Shown here in pieces: positions 6,505 to 12,863 of a stretch of 12,863 nucleotides of DNA. The position numbers were made by a program, and so were the translations under genes. Each line of letters starts with the position of its first letter. Position 1 is the stretch's first letter. Source of the DNA: a candidate division WOR-3 bacterium (GTDB taxonomy: Bacteria > Hydrothermota > Hydrothermia > Hydrothermales > Hydrothermaceae); contig JBDRZD010000010.1 in the NCBI GenBank assembly GCA_039803745.1, positions 23,499-36,361 on the forward strand. Direction: 5' to 3'. The notes under the pieces are model-generated. The model did no database searches. It was not told the origin of the DNA and saw only the letters and a list, made by a program, of their open reading frames with translations.

Positions 6505-7920
6505 TTAGTGCCATATATTTGCAGAAACAAAAATGGTAAGGTGTGGCTCGTAAAAATTAAAACCCTCAATTAAATAAAATTTTTGATTAAAAATATTATT
6601 AATCCTTAAAGTAATAAATAAAACATCAAAAAAGTTTGCTTTTAATTCACCTGAACTCATATTTGTTTTTTCTGTAAGAAATAAAGAATATTCAAATAAT
6701 ATTTTTACATTTTCTCTAACTATTTTTTCACTTCCTACAGTGATTTTTGAATTCATATTTGGATAAAAATCAGAAAGAGTAATGTAGATTATAGAGGGTT
6801 TAAAGAAAATTTTTTCAAAAATTAAAATTTTATTGAATTCTTTAAATAGATTAAATTGAAAGGAATGTAACTTTTCATTTATAAAATTATACATACCATT
6901 TTTAAAAATTGGCATATCTTTTACATATGCATATTCATAACTAAAAGATAAATTTTTGAATTCTTTATCATAAAAATTAAATCCAAAAATATTTCTTCTT
7001 TCCCTTTTAATAAAAGGAGTGGAGTAGAGGGAGAAAATACGAGATTCAATTACAGGATTTGGAAAATAAAGTCCTATAGAATAAAAAGGTAGAAATAACA
7101 TATTTTTAAATGGAATATTTAAAATACTTTCAAAAGAAAAATGATTTGATAAATTTTTATCATTTTCATAATCTAAAGTAAAATAAATTAATTTTTTAAA
7201 ATCTAAAGATGTAAAAAATCCAAACCTATTTTTTTCCTTATTTTTTACAAATTTTAATATTTTATCTTTTAAAATAATATTGATATTTAATAATTTATAA
7301 GTGAAAGTTAAAGTAATTTCTGATTTTAATTGAGAAATAGATTGATGATTTAAAAAGTTTCCAAGATATTGATAATCAATTGAAAATTTCAAATTTTTAA
7401 AGTAATAATTTAAATTATAATCTTCGTATTTTTCTTTTTGTGGATTACCAAAATAGTAAAGGGGAAAATCAAAATCTGAATGATAATAAAGCAAATCAAT
7501 GAAATCTTTCCTATAAAGTTGAACAAAATAGTGATGCTGAACAATTTGAGAATGATAAGCCCGAGATGTATAAATATCATATCCGGTTTTAAAATTAGAG
7601 AATTTTTTAAAAATAGGAGTTTGAAAAGAAAATCCATTAAGAGTACTTTCATATTTATCTCTTTCAGCATATACAGAAGTAATTATTTGTGAATCAGGAT
7701 AAGTAATTTTGTTAGAAACAAAAAGAGAGCGGGTTATATGGGCATTATTAAGTAAAAGTTCAAACCCATTTCTTAAAGGAATTAAAAAATAAATTCCATC
7801 CTTAAAATAATCCCATTTTAAAGAATAATCCAAAGAATAGTAATTATAAAAATCAGGAGCACCAGGTGTAAATTCCTTTTCAAAATAAAAATTTAAAAAA
7901 AATAATATAAGCCAATTCAT
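6505..7920 (-). CDS. Hypothetical outer-membrane beta-barrel with a TonB-dependent-receptor-like C-terminus
   Basis: 471 aa, aromatic-rich with alternating strand patterns. The C-terminal ITLRINNIFNQKFYLIEGF...LTIFVSANIWH resembles the TBDR terminal 'NLFN..Y...G' strands. Short hydrophobic N-terminus. No SD seen. Confidence 0.55.
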   Translation of the reverse strand: MNWLILFFLNFYFEKEFTPGAPDFYNYYSLDYSLKWDYFKDGIYFLIPLRNGFELLLNNAHITRSLFVSNKITYPDSQIITSVYAERDKYESTLNGFSFQTPIFKKFSNFKTGYDIYTSRAYHSQIVQHHYFVQLYRKDFIDLLYYHSDFDFPLYYFGNPQKEKYEDYNLNYYFKNLKFSIDYQYLGNFLNHQSISQLKSEITLTFTYKLLNINIILKDKILKFVKNKEKNRFGFFTSLDFKKLIYFTLDYENDKNLSNHFSFESILNIPFKNMLFLPFYSIGLYFPNPVIESRIFSLYSTPFIKRERRNIFGFNFYDKEFKNLSFSYEYAYVKDMPIFKNGMYNFINEKLHSFQFNLFKEFNKILIFEKIFFKPSIIYITLSDFYPNMNSKITVGSEKIVRENVKILFEYSLFLTEKTNMSSGELKANFFDVLFITLRINNIFNQKFYLIEGFNFYEPHLTIFVSANIWH

Positions 7921-7945
7921 AGAAGAGAGTATTAAAAATTAATGA

Positions 7946-7972
7946 TTTTAAGTTAAAATTTTCAACTTAAAA
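7946..7972. repeat. 27-bp near-perfect palindrome in the intergenic gap (operator or weak hairpin)
   Basis: TTTTAAGTTAAAATTTTCAACTTAAAA has 9-bp perfect arms (7946-7954 / 7964-7972), one mismatch, then 3 further pairs around centre 7959. Confidence 0.5.
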
Positions 7973-8016
7973 AAGGTATTTTATGCAAGTTAACATAAGA
8001 AAAATTATCGGAAGTG

Positions 8017-8436
8017 CTATTTAGAGAATTTTATATAAAGATTTAGTTTTAATTTCTGTATTTCCTTTGAAGAAGCATTTTCAAAAATAAAATAGTATTT
8101 ATCTCTTGCAGGAGTGATGAAAAGAAATTCTTTATCTTTTGTCAAATAAAAACTCATATAAGGATGAAATTCTTTATTTTCTTTATAATTCTCAAATTCT
8201 TCTTTTTTTAAAAGATACATATTTATATTTTCTCCTTTTATCAAATGAATTTTCCCCTCTACTCTTGCACCTTTTGGAAAATTAAAATAAATTGCTTTAT
8301 ATTTTTGAGGAAAGATTTCAATAAAGTTTCCTGTCATAAATTGAAAGGTTTTAGTTTTTAAATAAAAATAAGAAGCCAAAGTTAAAATACCTGTGACACA
8401 GAAAAGTATAGATAAAAAAATAAGTATTTTTTTCAT
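8017..8436 (-). CDS. Membrane-anchored hypothetical protein with a small beta-sandwich (emp24/GOLD-like) domain
   Basis: One N-terminal TM/signal helix, then ...INMYLLKKEEFENY...FLFITPARDKYYFIFENAS, a pattern seen in prokaryotic GOLD-like proteins. ATGA overlap with the upstream gene. Confidence 0.5.
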   Translation of the reverse strand: MKKILIFLSILFCVTGILTLASYFYLKTKTFQFMTGNFIEIFPQKYKAIYFNFPKGARVEGKIHLIKGENINMYLLKKEEFENYKENKEFHPYMSFYLTKDKEFLFITPARDKYYFIFENASSKEIQKLKLNLYIKFSK

Positions 8437-8945
8437 TTGTTGCTATTTAAAGAAAAAAATGAAGTGGCAAGCACTATGAATCCTATCCAGGCAATGAATG
8501 CTCCAACTAAAATTATAATCAATATTCCTCCTATAAGCATTAAAATGCCTGAAATTTTAAATAAATTTTCATTCGTTTTCTCTGAAACTATTTCTGTGCC
8601 TCTAAAAAACAAATAACCTGCTATTCCTGCAATGATCCATGTGATTGAAATACTAATGATTATAAAAGGGAAAGTAAAAGGAATTAAAAAAAATGTATAA
8701 ATTAATTTTTTGAAAAAGTATAAAGAAAAAATAGTATATACACCAAAAGTTGCAAAAATATCAAGTATAAGAGCAGCAAGAATATAACTCCATATTCTAT
8801 AATCTTTTAACTCACGAGATAATTTTTTAAAAGCAATTGAAAGAAGAACATATCCTGCAATAAAAAAGAGAAAACCAAAATTTGGTAAAGGAGATAAAGC
8901 ACAAAATATTGCTCCTATTCCTCCTATTAATTTTATTTCCTTCAT
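8433..8945 (-). CDS. DUF996 (COG2245) integral membrane protein
   Basis: Characteristic start KLIGGIGAIF...IAGYVLLSIAFKKLS and C-terminal TNENLFKISGILMLIGGILIIILVG...FFSL. About 5-6 TM helices. ATGA overlaps on both sides. Confidence 0.82.
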   Translation of the reverse strand: MKEIKLIGGIGAIFCALSPLPNFGFLFFIAGYVLLSIAFKKLSRELKDYRIWSYILAALILDIFATFGVYTIFSLYFFKKLIYTFFLIPFTFPFIIISISITWIIAGIAGYLFFRGTEIVSEKTNENLFKISGILMLIGGILIIILVGAFIAWIGFIVLATSFFSLNSNK

Positions 8946-11305
8946 TCTTTCTTTTTAAATTTACCAATAAAGATTAGGGTGATTAAAGAAATTATAAAAA
9001 TCAAATAACCTGTAAAACTTAATAAAATACCAATTTTGTGTCCTTTAGAAGTGAACTTTAATTTTACATTATGATTCCCTTCTGGTAATATAAATCCTGT
9101 TAGAGTGTGATTCACAGGAAAACTTTTAACAATTTTCCCATCTACTCTTATTCTCCATTTTGGATGCCAGTTTATTGATAATACACATACTGCTGGATGG
9201 GAAAGAGAATACTCAAATTCAATTCTATCTGCCTCATATTTTTTAATCTTATATGAAAATTCAATAGAATCTTTCTGTGGTGGAAAATCTATATTTTTTA
9301 TCTTATCTTCCTCAATATAAATATAAGATAACTCTTTATCAAGGAAAAGATTTTTAAGAATTTCATCTTGTGGCAAAATCTTCCATTTTCCATAGAAAAA
9401 TATCCTTCCTTTATCTCTTGGATTTTTGTAAATTACATAATCTTTTCCTGAATAAACTTTCTCATAGTCTTTATAAAATTCATGCCAGAAAATTAGTTGT
9501 CTTCTAATATTTTCAGGATATCTTTCAATATCAGGAGGTAAGGGAATATCAATTATATATTTAACATTTAAAAGATTTAAAAGATGCTTATAATTTATAA
9601 GGTTTATTGGAACAAACATAACTGATTTTTCTGCACCTATAAAATCCTGATATCTTTGCAGGGGATTTGCTACATATCCACCAATACTTTCAATTCCATA
9701 AAGCATCAGAAGCCCTTCATCTGCTCTCTTATATCTTAACGGGAAAACTCTATACATATCATTATCATTTTTTAAAAATTTGATAACCTCATCTTCTCCA
9801 TAATAAATCTCAGGAGGCTCTATACTTTTAATAAAATCTTTTTCAATTCTCCATACATCAAAAATAAAAAAAGGTAAAAATAAAAGGAGAAGAGTTTCAC
9901 TAAGTTTTTTAAAATTTATGAGGTAAATAATTGTTAAAAAAATAAGATAAAGGAAAAACAAAATCCATACATCTTTTAACAAAAATTCATAATTTGTATA
10001 AACTGCATTCTCTTTATCACCTTTTGCAAATTCTGAAAACAAATTTATAAAACTTTCTTTGAAAACCGAGAAAATTAATGCAAGGAGGAATAAAAGACCT
10101 GCCGAAATGATTATAAATATTTTTAAATCCTTTTCTTTAAATTCTTTAAATTTACTGATGAAAAATGCAGAAGAAATTGCGAGTATAAAGTTAATTTGAT
10201 AAAAAATTAAAGATGGTGCCCTGAATTTCTTTACCCCAGGTAAAATTGTATAAAATATATGAAAAACTGGTGTATATCCACCAAGAGCATAAAAAACTAC
10301 AACTATAAACCATACAATCAGGAATTTAATCTTTTTATCTTTAAAGAAATATATAAAAGACGAAAGCCCAAGAACAAATGGAACTATACCCATATATTCA
10401 AGGTGTAATCTAAAAGGGGACTCTCCCCAGTAATTTTCTAAATAGCCTGAAAAATGGGGATATAAGAGGTTTAAAATTTCAATAGGAGGTAATGACCAGG
10501 AAGTGCTATATTCATAACCTCTTTCTGCTCCTCTTGCTGCATGTTTTAAATTTTCAAGAACAGGAAATATGTAAAAGGAATACATCATAAAAGAAACAAG
10601 AACCCCTGAAATTGCATAAATAGAAAATTTAATTATCTCTTTTAAATTTGCTTTTTTTACTCCTATTAAGTAAAAATAAAAATAAAAAACTGAAAGAGCA
10701 AAGGCAAAATATGTTAGTTGAAAATGTCCCTGTAAGAATGCAAGTCCTCCAAACCCTCCTGCAATTAAAAAGAAAACTATATTGTTTTTATTGGTGCCTC
10801 GGGTTAAGAAAAAAAGCATAAAGGGAAATATACAGGCACTCACACTTCTTCCAAGATGTCCTCCATAAACTGTTGTAACAAGTGAGCCTGAAAACATATA
10901 GAATAAGCCTGCAAAGAATGAAGATAAAGGGTTTAATTTCCATTCTCTTGAGAAAAGATAGGTTCCAAGTCCACCAAGCGAAAGGTATATTAAATATCCT
11001 AAAACCTGGACTTTATGGACAGGGAAAATGAGTCTTAAAATTGTTAAAGGAGTTAGAATATCCATATAAAAAGAAGCAACAGTTGGAAGACCGCATCTTG
11101 CATAGGGATCCCATAAAGGAATTCTTCCATAATTTTTTATGAATTCACTTATCCATTTTTTATAAGTATAAGTTCCAAGGAGCCAGTCAGTTCCATATAT
11201 AAGCACATTTTCAATCAGGATTTTGGCAAAGAGAATAAAAGAAAGAAAAAAATATATTAAAAATACTGCCCACCATTTCTCAAATATTTTCTCCAATTTT
11301 TTCAT
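8942..11305 (-). CDS. YfhO-family polytopic membrane protein (GT-C-fold glycosyltransferase-like)
   Basis: First-loop motif GTDW...GRIPLWDPYARCGLP, many TM helices, LPGVKKFRAPS, and a YfhO-type C-terminal domain VLSINWHPKWRIRVDGK...VNHTLTGFILPEGNHNVKLKF followed by a final TM. Confidence 0.85.
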   Translation of the reverse strand: MKKLEKIFEKWWAVFLIYFFLSFILFAKILIENVLIYGTDWLLGTYTYKKWISEFIKNYGRIPLWDPYARCGLPTVASFYMDILTPLTILRLIFPVHKVQVLGYLIYLSLGGLGTYLFSREWKLNPLSSFFAGLFYMFSGSLVTTVYGGHLGRSVSACIFPFMLFFLTRGTNKNNIVFFLIAGGFGGLAFLQGHFQLTYFAFALSVFYFYFYLIGVKKANLKEIIKFSIYAISGVLVSFMMYSFYIFPVLENLKHAARGAERGYEYSTSWSLPPIEILNLLYPHFSGYLENYWGESPFRLHLEYMGIVPFVLGLSSFIYFFKDKKIKFLIVWFIVVVFYALGGYTPVFHIFYTILPGVKKFRAPSLIFYQINFILAISSAFFISKFKEFKEKDLKIFIIISAGLLFLLALIFSVFKESFINLFSEFAKGDKENAVYTNYEFLLKDVWILFFLYLIFLTIIYLINFKKLSETLLLLFLPFFIFDVWRIEKDFIKSIEPPEIYYGEDEVIKFLKNDNDMYRVFPLRYKRADEGLLMLYGIESIGGYVANPLQRYQDFIGAEKSVMFVPINLINYKHLLNLLNVKYIIDIPLPPDIERYPENIRRQLIFWHEFYKDYEKVYSGKDYVIYKNPRDKGRIFFYGKWKILPQDEILKNLFLDKELSYIYIEEDKIKNIDFPPQKDSIEFSYKIKKYEADRIEFEYSLSHPAVCVLSINWHPKWRIRVDGKIVKSFPVNHTLTGFILPEGNHNVKLKFTSKGHKIGILLSFTGYLIFIISLITLIFIGKFKKKE

Positions 11306-12861
11306 ATATAACCCAATCCTTTTAAATGTTTTTTTATACTTTCAGCATCCTTCTCATCCATCTCATACTCCTCTACCCCTTTATAAGGCAAATTTATAAA
11401 CTCATATTTTATCTTTTCTTCAAATAAATTTTCAGGGATCTTTCCATCCACATCATCCAGAATTTTTTCACCAAGAAGATAAAGAAGAGTTGGAAAAATA
11501 TCATAAATTTTGATTTTTTCTTCGTATATTCCTCTTTTAATTCCATCTGCCTTTATAAAAAATATTCCATCTAAATCTGCATGGTGATGTCCCTTTAAAT
11601 CAGGTCTATCAATTCTTTTATCAAATAATTTATTACTTATATTCACATTTATTCTGAAATCTTCTTCTGTTGTATAAACAACTTCTGGCATTAAATCAAA
11701 ATAAGGACCATTAAAAATTTCATATTTTGTATAAACAATCTTAAATACTTTTCTTCCTTTATCATCCCTTAAATTTAAAAAATCCTCTTTAATTTTTTCT
11801 GCAAATTTCCTTTTTTCTTCTTCATTTTTAAAAAATTTATCATTTAAATAAACTCCCGCATACCAGTTTGCAAAACACATAGAATTTTCCCAGTCAACCC
11901 TTTTAATTATTTCTTCTCTTGCAACCTTATATTTAAATTTTTCAGGTATGAGATTTCTTAAAAATGGCATCATTCTTATAATCTTTTCACCGATATTATA
12001 TAAAAATATAGATGTTTTTCCACTTATTGTTTTTGCTCTTTTTAAATATCCCTTTTTTTCAAGAAAACTGTTTATATAAAAATATGTTCTTGGAACTTTA
12101 TGAAATCCGTGGTCTGACATTATTATAAAAATATCTGGATTTAAAAGACTATATAATTTTTCAGTATAATAATCAGCAACCTTGTAAATTTCAAGAATCT
12201 CTTCCTCATTTTCATAAAAAAAATGCATAAAATCGTCAAGTTCTTTAAAATTTATTATAAAGAAATCCGGATTAAATTCATTTATAAGTTTTAACGCACA
12301 TTCCCCGTGTTCCTTTAATATTTCTATTAAATCTCTTTTCATCCTTTTTAAGTTAACTTTTGAATCGGGATGCCCGTATCTTCCTATATCTAAATCAGGA
12401 GAAATTTTATAATTTTTTAATCTTTCATTAAGATAAGGTGGATAGGCAAAATCCTTTGCTTCTTTTGGTGTTAAAAAATCAGTTATTAAAAATCCATTTA
12501 CCTTTTTTGGGGGATATGTAACAGGAACATGCATAACCCCTACTTTATACCCAAGATAAGATAAATATTCCCATATTGTCCATGTCTTTATGTCAGTTGA
12601 ATTTATAAAAAAAGATTTTGAAAAACTTTCAGGGTCAAACCCTTTTGATTTTATTAAAAATGGCCCTATTTTTGCAGGATTTTTACCTGTATAAAAGCAA
12701 GGCCATGCAATCATTGTATATGCAGGAACAACCGATTCAAGAATTCCAAAAGCGCCTTCTTTATAAATCTTTGAGAAAAAATGGAGTTTTTCTTCTTTTA
12801 AAAATTTAAGAATCAATCTAAATGGAGCACCATCAAAACCTATTATAAGGGATTTTTTCAT
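11302..12861 (-). CDS. Alkaline-phosphatase-superfamily protein (COG3379, nucleotide pyrophosphatase/phosphodiesterase-like)
   Basis: IIGFDGA (metal Asp), ESVVPAYTMIAW..FYTGKNP (Thr nucleophile), PVTYPP, DDFMH, IIMSDHGF, GHH and the C-terminal HLKGLGYI. No signal peptide. Confidence 0.9.
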   Translation of the reverse strand: MKKSLIIGFDGAPFRLILKFLKEEKLHFFSKIYKEGAFGILESVVPAYTMIAWPCFYTGKNPAKIGPFLIKSKGFDPESFSKSFFINSTDIKTWTIWEYLSYLGYKVGVMHVPVTYPPKKVNGFLITDFLTPKEAKDFAYPPYLNERLKNYKISPDLDIGRYGHPDSKVNLKRMKRDLIEILKEHGECALKLINEFNPDFFIINFKELDDFMHFFYENEEEILEIYKVADYYTEKLYSLLNPDIFIIMSDHGFHKVPRTYFYINSFLEKKGYLKRAKTISGKTSIFLYNIGEKIIRMMPFLRNLIPEKFKYKVAREEIIKRVDWENSMCFANWYAGVYLNDKFFKNEEEKRKFAEKIKEDFLNLRDDKGRKVFKIVYTKYEIFNGPYFDLMPEVVYTTEEDFRINVNISNKLFDKRIDRPDLKGHHHADLDGIFFIKADGIKRGIYEEKIKIYDIFPTLLYLLGEKILDDVDGKIPENLFEEKIKYEFINLPYKGVEEYEMDEKDAESIKKHLKGLGYI

Positions 12862-12863
12862 AT

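Noticed and set aside
6504..6569. 22-aa N-terminal extension of the anti-sigma ORF in the track
   Set aside because: It overlaps the upstream gene's 3' end. ATG 6503 gives a normal-sized domain and tight coupling.
7410..7692. Two short ORFs (7410-7670 minus, 7480-7692 plus)
   Set aside because: Both are nested in the 471-aa barrel gene, in an alternative frame and antisense respectively, with no independent support.
4632..8436. Identical 15-mer ATGAAAAAAATACTT at three gene starts (4646 minus, 5525 plus, 8436 minus)
   Set aside because: Explained by a stereotyped MKKIL signal-peptide start plus codon bias. It also shows that start regions converge here, which tempers the inverted-repeat finding.
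12618..12809. 63-aa plus-strand ORF
   Set aside because: Antisense to the conserved catalytic N-terminus of the AlkP gene.
1..12863. A/T homopolymer runs of 7-8 nt as slippage switches, and CRISPR, tRNA, rRNA or IS elements
   Set aside because: Such runs are expected at this AT content and the frames are intact. No spaced repeats, structured-RNA signatures or transposase/integrase motifs were seen.

Overview
AT-rich (roughly 25-30% GC by eye), gene-dense bacterial DNA. Three predicted outer-membrane beta-barrels and a LolA-like protein indicate a diderm host. The K/E/I-rich proteins and DUF996 suggest a thermophile, possibly a WOR-3-like lineage (inference only). Left half: a tightly packed minus-strand operon encoding a LolA-like lipid-carrier protein, a DUF1302-like outer-membrane barrel, a fusion of a PhaR-type DNA-binding domain to a phasin-like domain, and a >900-aa MMPL/COG1033 RND transporter. 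The transporter runs off the window and is missing from the supplied ORF track. The operon is preceded by a near-consensus sigma70 promoter (TTGACA-N17-TATTAT), with a PhaR-operator-like tandem repeat at the predicted transcription start. The 164-bp intergenic region is shared with a divergent small OMP gene and is bracketed by a perfect 18-bp inverted repeat. Right half, all on the minus strand: an AlkP/COG3379 enzyme, a YfhO-family GT-C protein, DUF996 and a GOLD-like membrane protein, all coupled by ATGA overlaps. These are followed by a TonB-receptor-like barrel and an orphan RsbW-type anti-sigma kinase. No RNA genes, CRISPR arrays or mobile-element genes were seen. The best candidate for an undescribed system is a trans-envelope lipid/hydrophobic-cargo transport operon autoregulated by a PhaR-phasin fusion. 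All family calls come from motif recognition, not from database searches.
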